64,000 nt of DNA, from positions 14,476,645 through 14,540,644 of the forward strand of contig OZ316893.1 of the NCBI GenBank assembly GCA_973895155.1, read 5' to 3'. The first letter of the stretch is position 1. Every line of letters starts with the position of its first letter. The stretch comes from Marsupella aquatica (Eukaryota; Plantae; Marchantiophyta). Both the position numbers and the translations under genes were made by a program. This document shows, in pieces, positions 46,193 to 58,600 of the stretch. The notes beneath the pieces are model-generated. The model made no database searches and was not told the DNA's origin. It saw only the letters and a program-made list of their open reading frames with translations.

Positions 46193-49100
46193 ATGGGGGA
46201 AGAGGGTGATGACATGGAGACAGACATGGGGCTTGGAGAGTGGGGTGAAGAGGAAAGATTGGATATGGATGGAGACCTAGATGCAGGGGGCTCACAGAAA
46301 AATGCACCTGTGCAAGATGCACAGGGCCCTCATCAAGTCCCAGGTAGGTGGGCAGCTAGAGAGAAATCACATAATCCATACCTTAGAAGGAGCCAGAGTT
46401 ATTGGCAAGGGACGCCTGATAATTATGATGATGACTATGATGGAGCAGAAGATGGATGGGATGAATATGAACACCCAGAGCGTGGTAGAGACGGGTACAG
46501 AGGGCAATGGAAAGGTGAGGAGGATGATTGGACAAGTAAGTGCCTTGTGCTAGTGATTTTGTGATGGTAGTAGAGATTTAGCTCAATATGCACTTATCTG
46601 ATGTGTAGCTAGGGCAAAGAGTTTATCTTACAGGTCCATGAGTGTGGCATGTACCTGTTGGTATGCAGACTCTGATTGGGACAATCACGAAAACAACAAA
46701 GGCCATCCACGTTCAGATAGGAGGCAATCATTCACAGGCGGGAGAAACGCCCCTAATTCATCAAGACAAAGCAATAGGACAGGTGGTCCAGAACCATCTA
46801 TGCACCAAGGGAGAGGTAACTTGGTCATTGCAGAATTGCTCCGAAGTCCATTGTATATTTGGCAGTGGGATTTATGATTCATACTTACCTAATGTAAGTG
46901 ACTGTAAATGGATCCTGTAAATGTGCAGGGACTCCAGGGAGGTTTGGACAATGCAATCCAGGCCGTGGGGGGAGATCAGGCCGTGGAGGGACCCCAAGCC
47001 GTGGGGGGACACCAGGCCGTGGAGGGACACCTAGTAGCGCTTCAGGGAGTACCAAGGCAGGAGACAGTAACAAATTTGGTAAAGTAGAAGTGAATTCCGA
47101 AGGTTGGATAACTCCCACATGTGATGGTAAGAACCGTTGGCATTCTGACCTAAGAGGAGAAGTATTGCGTTGGTTAGATTTGAGCATTACAGAGTTTAGG
47201 AGTCAGAACAAAGCTGATTGGGCTGCTATCTGCAAGGACATTCTTGAACGGTGGGACTATGTTGGTAATGATGGTAAGGGCCCAGTTGAAGATTGCATAT
47301 CAGATTATGCAATGAAGATTTTGAAACAAGAGAGGCATAGGTTGAAAAGGATGTGGATAGACAATGGTTCTAACAGGAGAATGCCACCACCCCCATCATT
47401 GGAACTGGATCAATGGACACGGTTAATCAAAGGGTTCATGTCGGAGGCTGGACAGAGCAAGAGTGAACTAATGTCAAATGCTCGAGGCAAAGTGAAACAC
47501 CTTTCACAAGCTGGGAGAGGAAGTTATGCTCCAGTGAAAGAACAATTGGTAAGGCAGTGACATGCCTGATAGTAAGCCTCAAACTTATCATCTTGCTACC
47601 ATTATTACATTTTCATTGACAATCAACACTTGGTTTCATTCATATGTATGTTGATGTGGACTGCAGAAGAAATTGACAGGTGAAGAACCATCAGCACAAG
47701 AAGTGAGAGAGGAGTTCATGAAACAAAGGAGTGAGGTGACAAGTGTGACTTCCAAACAGGTGATTATGTTGTAATTATGTATGTTCTGTGACTATTTGGC
47801 CTTGAGCATCAGAAAGAAATGTAGTAGGAAGTAAGCAACCAGTTCTTGGGGACAGTTATCTGAGATATGTAAGCTGTGTTATGATAGGGAACTGTTACAA
47901 CTCTCACAGAGATGTGTGAACGGTTGAAGTCATTAGAGTGTGGACTCCCTCGAGTGGAAAGTAAATTGGCTGATCGTTTGGATATTGTGGAGGCATCTGT
48001 AGCGAACCTTCTTGCATCAGTGGAATCTAATTTCAAGCTTGTGATTGAAAAATTGGGTGGTTCCCAACCAAACAATGAGGGCAACATTGTACAAAGTGTG
48101 CCCTTGTTAACAAAAAAGGGAATTGGAAAATCTGACACAGGTATGGAAATGACACCAGCACATTGTTCATTGTGTCCTATGTTCAAATGTTAGAAGTAAG
48201 TTTTCATGAATTGAGTGAATGGTTTGAATGCAGGAAGAGTGGAGGCAGAGAAGGACCCTGTAATCAGTAAGCAGAAGGGCAAGAAGGTTGCTGAGACAGG
48301 TAACCTGCTATGATCCAGTACATTACATTTGAAAAGTGCATGGAGTTTTGTGAAGCTTAAGCCGGTTGGAGGTAATCTTTTCTGTAAGAACTGGTTGGAT
48401 GAACTGGGATCTGAAGTGACATCATGATTGATGTATCAGGTGATTCAAAGAGCAATAATGAAGAAGATGTGCCCAGTGCCTCAGTGACCATAGCCAAGGA
48501 GGTATCAAGTAAGCTGATGCTTTAAATTCCTCTATATGAATGTTGAGCAACAATTCAGTGGTTAATAGATTCAACCTGAATATTGTGGTGTGTTTATTGA
48601 TCAATAGAAGCAGACATGGAGCATATGGCAATGGCAAAGAAGGGGAAGAAGGCTGTTCATAATGGTAAGGAGATAGTGACAACTTTGTGGTTGGTGACAT
48701 GTACATTTAGCACATGTGATGAGTGATTGACTTATGTTGGACATGACACTGAATTGTAGTTGATGCAGAGTTGACAGACTCTCAACCAAGTGGGAGTAGG
48801 GTGAAGCGACGTCGAAACTTGGGAGCAACATTGGATGCAAGTAAGATTGTAGATGCTTCAATTGAAGCAAGTACAATGTTGGCAGATACTGAGATGATGT
48901 CGCAGGGAAATCCTACTACACAATCAGAAGTGTCAAATATGGATGCAGATTCTTTGAAGAAGAGTGTAGCCAATTCTTGATCACCAGCACAAAACACTCG
49001 TGCCAAAGTCATGACTCGCAACCAAGGTATGAATAATGTCATGTATAAGCCACCCAGGAAAGCCAAGAAAAACAGCCAGGGTAAGGTGGAGGTGATAGCC

Positions 49101-49360
49101 ACAGCAGAGCCAGTCCATAATCTTCTATCATGGGAGGATGACTCGCAGGTATGTGTGGGTACAGGCATTTTGCGACCGAATCATGCAAAATTCCATGGCA
49201 AAGTGGTCCCGGATGACCATGTAGTAGTGTTGTTGACTACAGTGATTGTATCTGATTGTAATTTGCCATTTCCGAATAGAGACGATGATCCACCTCAGGA
49301 AATAATTGCAGATGCAGTAGGATCTCTTGTGCTCTAGCCATCAGAGTGTGTTAGTCTGTA
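46193..49360 (+). CDS. CACTA TnpA-like second gene, multi-exon, possibly degenerate at the 3' end
   Basis: Series of plus-strand exons with GT-AG junctions: acidic N-terminus, RGG repeats, a helical domain (LKQERHRLKRMW...DQWTRLI...SELMSNAR), a coiled coil, and a C-terminal domain VGTG...FHG...LPFP...DAVGSLVL ending in a stop where Trp would be expected. Confidence 0.65.
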
Positions 49361-49809
49361 GTAACTGAATGCAAGTGTAGATAGAATCATGTGAATTGTG
49401 TCACATTTTGACATTGCCTTGGAAAGATCCAAGAAATATCTGTACCAGTTTTTCCATTTGGTAAAAAGGATGAAGGAGACGTTGTGTGTGACATTGATAT
49501 TTCTGAATTCTGTATGTATGAAACAAGTGATTGATGTCAAACTATGGCTCTATGGTGATTGTCTATGATACTTGAATCTATTTTATCATTTCAGTATTAG
49601 TGTGTATGGTATAGAGGAATACTTTGTGACCTTCTTTGTAGTCTATGAAGTTTGAATCTGTGAATTCATATTAGTGTGGTGAACTTATAGAGTGAGTTCA
49701 TTCCAAGTACACAATAAAACATGAATGCAATATGTTATTTGTGCACAAGAGTGGGTTCATTCCAAGTAGTATAGTGGGGTCTTCATCACTCATATCCAGT
49801 TGACATGAA

Positions 49810-50100
49810 AGACTTATACATACCCCACAAAGTATATTTAAAGACTACCCTCCATAACCTTTTTAGTCGTTCCCAACGACTCATCATCGCAGCCCATAAA
49901 AGACTGAAAACGACTCACCAAAGCTACCCACACAAAGACTAAAATAGACTGAAAATCCAGTCTATTAAACGACTTATAAACCAGTTCTATAAAGGACTCA
50001 GTTGATTATAGTAACAAAACATACGACTCGCAGTCCTATAAAGGACTGGAGTCCTTCCCAGTCGTTTCCAAGTCGTATACGGTACTGAATAGTCGTTTAA
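49810..50100. repeat. CACTA subterminal repeats
   Basis: More than ten short (A/C/G)GACT or AGTC(G/C) cores (aaagact, aacgact, agtcgtt) in both orientations next to the right TIR. Fewer copies lie near the left TIR (20778-20895). Confidence 0.65.
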
Positions 50101-50133
50101 TGGGGTCTAAATACCCCCCGGTTTCTACTAGTG

Positions 50134-53019
50134 TTGTAAGAAAATTTGCAATTAAATCCAGGCCTGAACACTTGCTTCCAATCAAATTTCTCCTCAGTGG
50201 TGATTCCTGCAAAGATTATCTCCTCCATACCACAACTGAAAAGTAAGCCCTCTGGAACTGGTGTATCACTCCGTCGATAGCTCCCGTAGTCGACGTGTAT
50301 GTCCATTCCCTTTTCATGTTGCAATTTCCTAAGGGCACTCAAAATGTTTGCAGCAAGTGGCCCCGGATGCACAGTCATGACAACAACAATTGTTGGATTT
50401 CTTGGAAGATCCACAATGTATTGCAGTAATGCAATAATTTCAGCATCGGTCCAAACATGTTGTCGGAGCCTACTGAAGTCAACAATGGCAAGAGGACACA
50501 AAGGCGAAGGCTCTTGTAGCATTTCTGGAACGGTCGTCTTCATCAAATTCTCACTAAAAAATGTCAAGAAAGGCTCCGTGCGAGAACGACCAATCCCACC
50601 AAATTCTTTACAATACAACCCATCTAGTCTGACCATCAGACTTTGTGGGAAACTCTCCTTGACCACATTCTTCTTCAATGAATTGTTGAGGTAAACCTCA
50701 CCCGCTGCTCTCCTCAATTTTGTCATCTCAAGCTCAGATTTCAAGGAAGGCAACAATATCACCAGAGACTCCCAAGATGTGCCAACAGGAAACTTCTCAC
50801 GATACTTTTCCACGAAATAGCCAATAATGACTGTTCTCAATTTGGACATTATCTTGATTGTAAGGGCCAAGTCTCCCATTGCGACAAGCTCTGATTTGTT
50901 GGTGATATCCTTCTTCAGCAAGACACGCTCCTCTTCAATGTCCTTCAAGATCTCAATTATCTGTTTGCTACTAATCTCTCCTTCAAAGCATCGAAAGGTA
51001 CCGGGAGTGATCAATTTTGGGGGTCTTGGCCCTCCATACCCACCAGCCCCGTCTTGGAGCTTCCCACTCAACCATTTTGCACACACGTTCCGCCATAATT
51101 CAAAGAGCTCATCTTCGGCAAAAAGTAACCAATAAATGCTCTTTAGGCTTGACTTCCCCATTGTAACCTTTGCCAGGGCAAACCAATCCTGCATATCCAA
51201 TGGACTTGACATTAGTTTCAGGGTACAATGCATATGTTAGAAAATTTATACCTATGTTTGAAACAGGCTAAGCCACCTCGCCCCAAGGGTGTGGCGAACC
51301 TCTACATCTAACCGCAATTGACTGAAACGGAACTAGGGAATTATTCTTAGAGAGACTAGTCTAGGTTGCCTCGCCCTGAGGGCGAGGAAAACATTTGCTT
51401 TAATCTTCTAACCAAGGAAAATAAGAAAAGGCAGCCTCGCCCTTGGGGCAAGGCAAACCTCTACCATTGACAATCTTTAAACAAAGCGGATCAAGAATAG
51501 TTTGCGTTGCTCTAACATGTACCTGATAGTTTTTCCTGTCTATATTTTGATTGGTCCCAATCCCTGGACGCGGCGGTTTCCTGCACTCCTCAAACTGCCT
51601 TCGTGCATGAACAATAGTCTCTAAAAAACAAGACTTAAATTGCATAGTATCATTGACAGCATTCGATAAACTTGAATGCTCAACCAAAATTGTCTTTGGA
51701 GTGAGGTCAGATAGGATCCTTGCTTTCCTATACTTTAGTTTGTTGGCAAGATCTGTCAGCTTGGCGTCAGTCTCGGCCCACCCTTGGATCCATTGGGCAG
51801 CTCTTGCAGAATGCTGGCCACTGATGGCAAGGAATTGGATCTCATGCTTCTTCACACCAATCAAAAACTCTTTCCTATCCTGAGGTGTGTTGTCATAATG
51901 AAGCAACTGTTTAGTGCTCTCGCGATACGGAATCAAATCAGCAACTTGTGGTTCCTGTCCAGGGTTTTTCATCATAGACTTTGATATCTCCATTGCATGC
52001 GAAAGATTGAACATTCGATATACAAAAATGGCCGATGGCGGATTAATACTTTTTACAGGAATATCAAAAACTTCGCGGATGCCAAAAGTATAATACTGCT
52101 CAATATTACGCAAAACCTCTTGGCCTTTGAGCACATCATCTTCTTTGGGTCCTTCTGTCGGACACATATCATCCTCTGGATGCAAGACAAAGTTTGAAGT
52201 TGACCCTGACATTGGTTTTGATTTTGCAACCTTTGCCTTCTTTGTTTGCTTTTTTTGGGGGCCCTCATCGTCTTCATTTTTTTTAGCCATCTTCTTACGG
52301 CGTGAACTCCCAGATTGTTTCTCTTGTTGAACAACCGGCTCTTGAAGCTTTCGTTTCTTCTCTGTCTTTGATTGCACACTTCTTTCCACTGTCTTCTTTC
52401 TCTCCTTTGCCTTATGCTTTGCTTCTTTTTTCTTCATCTCTGAAATCCACGTCCGGCACGCGGCCTCTTGAAACTCTGGACAAAAAATGAAACTCTTGTC
52501 GATTGCTTGCTCGTATGAAAAATGTGCCTTATCAATCATCCTTTGGACTATCCAAGTAGACGGAGGGTCCACACTGTCCGCATTGTCATGCATGTGCTTC
52601 TTTACGTAGAGAAATCCAAACACTAGGTCAACTCCACTTATTTGAGAACGCGTCTTCTCAAACATCTGATCAATTGTTACTCCATCTGGGAAGAATCCCA
52701 TATCAGCTACGCTTATCTCCAATCGAGCCATCCACTCAACATTCAGTAAAGTCAAGTAGAGTTTTATTGGCACTAGAAGTCTCATCCACTGAGATTTCTC
52801 ATTGGACTCAACAATAATCGTTGCATTGCGGTTGTTGTCCGTGTTCACAAGGACGACTGGACCTAGAGTAACAATTGTCTTGCGGTCATTCAATTGACTT
52901 GTGAGGCCCTTGAAACAAATCAAGAGACTGCCTTCCGCCGACACCCCAACTTCTAGTGCCCATCTAAATCCTGGAGTATCTTGGTCAGGGAAAACAAAGT
53001 CCTTGATATCCTCGTCCAT
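50134..53019 (-). pseudogene. 5' part of the ParB-like/MTase-like fusion gene; exons 53019-51523 and 51188-50134; interrupted by CACTA
   Basis: ParB/Srx-like segment FDIPVKSINPP...YRMFNLSHAMEISKSM...FLAISGQHSARAA after a Lys-rich linker. Phase-0 GT-AG intron 51522-51189. The second exon has a strand ending LAIVDFSR at the position expected for MTase motif IV. Confidence 0.7.
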
Positions 53020-53219
53020 AATATTTAACTCCGGCTTCTCAAGATTTTTTCCTGGTAAGAAACATTGAAAACAAAATGGTCAGCATCATATTTTTAACAT
53101 TGACATGTGGAAAACTTTCAAGGTGCCTCGCCCTTGGGGCGATGCGACAAATAGAAGATTGCAAAATCTTCTTTGCTCCTAATTAGCCCTGCCACCTCAT
53201 CCAAGCAATCAAACATTAT

Positions 53220-53590
53220 TTAGGAATGCAGACGATATCGCCTCGCCCCAAGGGCGAGGCAACTTCTAGGAAAGCAAACAATATTTAGGAATGCAGACAA
53301 CGTCGCCTCGCCCCAAGGGCGAGGCAACTTCTGGAAAGCAGACAACATTTAGGAATGCAGAGGACATCGCCTCGCCCCAAGGGCGAGGCAACTTCTGGGA
53401 AAGCAGACAACATTTAGGAATGTAGAGGACATCGCCTCACCCCAAGGGCGAGGCAACTTTTGGGAATGCAGACAACATTTAGGAATGCAGATAACATCGC
53501 CTCGCCCCAAGGGCGAGGCAACTTCTGGGAATGCAGACTACATTTGAGGAATGCAGACGACATTGCCTCGCCCCAAGAGCGAGGCAAAAA
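53220..53590. repeat. Six-copy tandem array of about 65 bp with a 21-bp palindrome GCCTCGCCC-CAA-GGGCGAGGC
   Basis: Palindrome starts at 53240, 53305, 53369, 53434, 53499 and 53565. Further dispersed copies at 53125, 53682, 51275, 51368 and 51434. Confidence 0.95.
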
Positions 53591-55132
53591 ATAGAATATA
53601 GCTAAAGATCCTTTATTAATGTAAGATACAAGGTCCAATACGCCTTCCGAGCAACAAGAAATCTAGAATGAAGTAGACGTCGCCTCGACCTTGGGGCGAG
53701 GCGACTGCAAAGGAATATAGAAATTTTCCTAATAAGAAGTTTGAAATCCAAATTAAAGTAAAGTTGGCGAGGCAAGAAGTTGAAGCAGGTGGTGCCTTAC
53801 ATGGAAAAGTTAACTGGGCTTTCTTTGACGCCTCCAACGCATTGTTAACCAATTTTTGGACATCTGGGTCTTCAGGGTCATATTCATACAGAGAGTTATA
53901 ATTGAAGTTCAATGACTCTTGAGAACTGGCGGAGGTGGTGGAAGCTTCAGAACTGGAGGAAGTAGACATTGTAAGGGGCGAGTGAGATTTAAGATGACAT
54001 GTGGCAGCAATGGAGAATGCCACAGGCTGCAAGAGGGCACTAACAGGCAAACAATGATCGAGGGAGCGACCCAAAAGGGAAGGGAGCAAGGCGGAAATAA
54101 AAGCCTTAGAGCGAGGTGGAAAACAAATCCCAAGAGCGAGGCAAAAACAAAAGCCCTAGAGCGAGGCAAGAGGGAGGCAAGGAGTGAGGAGACGAGAGAG
54201 GAGGCAAGAGGGAGGCAAGGAAATGAGGCCTCAAGCGCAAGGCCTGCCTTCCTATACCCCCTGCGAGCGAGGAGTCCGAGGAGGCAAGGATCCGAGAGGG
54301 TACGGAGGCATCAATGTGCGCCAATGATGGAGACCCTCCTCGGTGCATGTGATCATGAGTCACCGATGGTGTGACCACTCACGACCACTCGCGACTCACC
54401 TACCAATTTTAAACTTCCGAGCTGTCAGCGGTGTGTGCTTGCAACTCACCTATCACTCGTGAGTGATTGGCTGACACCCTATCCGATGTCTACTTGTGTG
54501 CTGGGTGCGTGCCTCATCCACCCGTGCCCGATCTGTTGGTGTCCACTCGTGTGCTGGGTAATGTGTGGGCTTTTTGCCTCTCAAACTGAGTATAGACCTC
54601 CCACAATCCATTTTTTGGTTCATTGTCATTTAGACAGTGATTGGTACAATCACTGACTCTCCTCTGTCCGAGTGCCTTGTTTAGGTCCGCATGGTTGAAT
54701 GCAAGGTTTAGTAAGGGCACTGGTGAGCACTGTGGTGCTAAGAGTTACAATACTGGCATCCAAGGTACCCATTTAGCTTGTACAAGGGTGGACAGAGATA
54801 TATTGCAGAGCAGGTTAGTGATTTTATTTATTTATCTTAGAAGTACTAGCTCAACTACATCTAATTCAATACCTTTAAGCCAAACCTAGATTAAGATTTA
54901 CACATTAGGTTCTAGATCATATATTTTACTCATTCTAGACCTTTATCCACAATCTAGCATGTGTAGAACTTACTGTACCCCTTTATGTGATTACTAACAT
55001 AGTTTCTAGAAGTGGGTCGGAATTATTTCGTGCCGACCTGACTATGTCATCTTAACTAGCATTTTAAACTGGTATATAAAAGCATAAGCAAGATAGTTTC
55101 ATAAATAGTTTTGACATAATTTCAACTTAATA

Positions 55133-55533
55133 GTTGGAGTAGGGTCGAAATAATTCCGACCCAACTTATCAATGTTTAGTCAATTAAATCATTTTAAGAC
55201 ATATTGTTGGAGGAGGGTCGAAATAATTCCGACCCGACTTGTAAATGTTTAGTCAATTCAATCATTTTAAGACATATTGTTGGAGGAGGGTCAAAATAAT
55301 TCCGACCCAACTTGTAAATGTTTAGTCAATTCAATCATTTCAAGACATATTGTTGGAGGAGGGTCGAAATAATTCCGACCCGACTTGTAAATGTTTAGTC
55401 AATTCAATCATTTCAAGACATATTGTTGGAGGAGGGTCGAAATAATTCCGACCCGACTTGTAAATGTTTAGTCAATTCAATCATTTCAAGACATAATGTT
55501 GGAGGAGGGTCGAAATAATTCCGACCCGACTTG
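55133..55533. repeat. Six-copy 73-bp tandem array with palindrome GGGTCG-AAATAATTC-CGACCC
   Basis: Palindrome starts at 55142, 55215, 55288, 55361, 55434 and 55507. An inverted diverged copy is at 55014. The array ends about 130 bp upstream of the transposase ATG. Confidence 0.95.
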
Positions 55534-55659
55534 AATGTATTTAGGGTTTTGAGTGATTTTACAATATTTTTTGGAGGAGAGTCCAGATTTTGAAACATGA
55601 TTGTAACATGGGGAACTTAACAATTTCTAACTTTATTTGAATACAGATAGTCCGCTATC

Positions 55660-58600
55660 ATGATCAATTTTACACGAGGGGATGAAGTGTCATTGGTGAT
55701 CGATGGATTTGAAATGGCAATTGGGATAGTTCAAAAGGTTGACCCCCAGGATACTATACAGAACATTTGTCTAGGGGACAATCGAATTGGGGTATTGATC
55801 GAAAAGTGTTTTGATAGATCGCGTCAACTTCCATTTCCTTCGCCCAAATTTTCTACATTGGCTGAGGCAATTGACTCCTGCGTGATTTGGGATTGTGCAT
55901 TGGCATACTTGAGGTCATCAACTCAGCGCCGAAGAATCAATGTCGATGATTTCTCTTTGGCTGGAGATGCTGGAAATGATAAATCCAAAATTGATGCAAG
56001 GGTTGAAGAGGACGTGTTCAAGGAAGGAGATGAAGTTCAGATGTTCATTTTTGATCAGTTGGTTGCAAATGGAGTCGTTTTCAAGACAAATCCGATGGAT
56101 ATTTGTCATACTGAAACACTCGAGGTTGGTCGCATCAGTATAAGAATATCTGATATTGTTAAGGGAAATCAAAAATTGCCATACTCGCACCCTGGAGCTG
56201 ATACAATAGAAGAGGCCTTGCATACCTGGGTTATCTGGGATGTTGCGCATGTTTCTAGAAAGGGCACTCTACGAGATTTTGGCGTGTTTGGTAGTTCAAA
56301 TATTTTCAATGATCTCCCATTAAAAGATCTTACACTACGTTCCAACTGGATGGCGGAGGAGGTTGATTTGTATGACGCTTCTCGTTGTCGAAAGGTTGCA
56401 ACAGGTCTTATCACGGTCCCATTTGAAACAGGTGCCATTGACGATGAACTTCTTGGTGCAGATCATGTTGGTGTTGCTGTTGTGAATATCAATGAACCCG
56501 GATTATTTCCAAATATCCGTGTTGGTACCCCTGGCTTGGTGAGGTGGGAAATCAAATCCCTTCTATTGATTTCGTCTCAAAGGTTTCTTGGGGATATCCT
56601 TGAGGAAGTTTCAAAGAAGTGGATGGAGTCGGGTCGAACTAAGGGCGATCCGGATTCGGATGGTGATGGTAAACCTACAAAAAGACCATACAATTTCATT
56701 AGGAGGACAAAAGTTGATCTTGAGGAGAGGAAGAAAAGGCATTTGGAGTCGAGGGCACTTTTGAAAATTAATGAGGAGTCCATTGATTCCATCCAAAGAG
56801 AAGGTTGTTGCAAGCTGAAGTGTTGCTTGAACATGCCCAGGGAGGACTTAGAGGCAATGAGGAGGGAATACCATGGAATGTCAAGTGACAACAAAACAAG
56901 TCACATCTTTAGTCTCTTTGGGTGTAGAGAGGAGCAAGTCAAGAGAAAGGGATTTTTTGTTCTAAAGGGACGTGTGGTTTGTAAAGATGCATTTATTAAA
57001 ATGCATGGGTTCAGTACAACAAAGTACTATGACTACAAAAATCAATACGAAGCTGGTTGCACAATTGGTTTCCATGGAAATCAGGGACAACGGAAGACAT
57101 GATCAAGCACTTTGCACGCTCGCGCCTTGTTGGAGTCCATTTTAATCCAAAATGGGGAACCAATGCCACATCTTCCCTATGGTGGGTCCAACGGCACTGA
57201 CACTATTGAATATCGGCTCCCATCTTGTTTTACTAAGAAGGAGATTTTCCAAGAGGTGTTTACCAAGATGGAATTAGATGGGTTTGCTAAGGTTACTGAA
57301 GTTACTAGGTACAACATCTGGAAAAACTCATTTGATAATTTTGACTTTCACAAGGGAAGTGCATTTGCCAAATGCACATTTTGCACTGAGTTCAAAGATC
57401 AATTGATGCGGGAGAAGAGAAAAAAAGAGCGTGCAGAGATTGAAGAGAAAAGAGCGCGACATCTTCGTGAACAAATGTCAAGAAGATATGTTTACTATGC
57501 TCATAGGGTTCTTGCAAAGAAGGATCCTCAAAATTATCTTTGCATTATTCACGATAAGATGGATCAAGCCAAGACTTGGATCCCCAGGTTGGTCCCCACT
57601 CCAAAATCCCTCTCTGGTAGTGGTCAGCCTTTGCCTATTGCTCTTACTGGGATGTTAACCCATGGAAGAGATCCTGGAGTGTATGCACATTTCAGTTTGA
57701 CTGGACTTTGGCCTGGAGATGCAGACTTTACCGTGACATCTTTGGCCAAATGCCTCCGAGATTTGGAAGATTACACAGGAGACAAAACTGGAGACCTTCT
57801 TGAAGGATTGAATTGGAATGCAACTAGGCCAATATTTCAGTCCCTTCTAGACTTTGAAGCATTTCTGGCCGGTTACTTGGAACCCAAAAATGTTTCAATT
57901 GTTCGATTTCAAGGCATTGAAGATGGTCAGGAGACTAAAAAGTCAAGCACAGTGGATGTTGGTTCTAAGGATGATCCTGAGACTACTAGGGGCTCTTTCA
58001 AGCCCTTACCAAGGCACCTAACGTTGCAGATGGACAATTCAGGGAAAGCTAACAAAAATCAATATGTGATGGCATTTTGCACTGAGCTTGTTAGCAGGGG
58101 GTGTTTGAAACTGTGCAAATGTCATTCCTCATGGTTGGCCACACCCATGAAGACGTGGATGCATTATTTTCTCAAGTATCCAAACAGGTCAGATACAAAG
58201 AGGTTGCTACCCTCTTGGGGTTGATGGCTGAGGTTTGGGAGTGTGAAAGCATTCATCCTGTACCACGATTGATTCAAGAGGTTGCATCTTACAAGGAGTA
58301 TTTGAAAACTTTCCAGGTGAAAGAGATAGAAGGTCACTCAAAACCAGTGGCATTTCTTTTCTCCATGAGGGATAATGTGCCAGTGTATCAATATAAAGCA
58401 CATGTCAAGCAACCTTGGCTTCCGGCAATGGGGAGGTCCATTTGGAGAACTGATCCCATCACAAATGCGCTCATTTTACCGGAAGGCCAACCATTTGCAA
58501 AACCTATATCTGGGGATGTACAAAAGAAGGCTGGAGAAATCATCCCATTCCTTAATCGCTATATTGATTTCTTGAAGAAAAGTTGTAAGGATGAGACCTC

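Larger units (their letters stand above)
20741..50133 (+). mobile_element. CACTA (En/Spm) transposon, about 17 kb native plus a nested gypsy element
   Basis: Perfect 18-bp TIR CACTAGTAGAAACCGGGG at both ends, followed by ATTTAGACC. 3-bp TSD TTG (20738-20740, 50134-50136). TnpD-like and TnpA-like genes and subterminal repeats present. Confidence 0.96.

Noticed and set aside
53801-53969. Upstream coding exon (MSTSSSSEAS...) of the ParB-like gene
   Set aside because: It looks like a plausible first exon with a GTAAG donor, but direct splicing to the acceptor at 53051 creates TGA. Left unannotated without transcript evidence.
53220-55533. CRISPR arrays (regularly spaced palindromic repeats)
   Set aside because: The intervening sequences are near-identical rather than unique spacers, no cas genes are present and the context is eukaryotic. 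These are tandem repeats.
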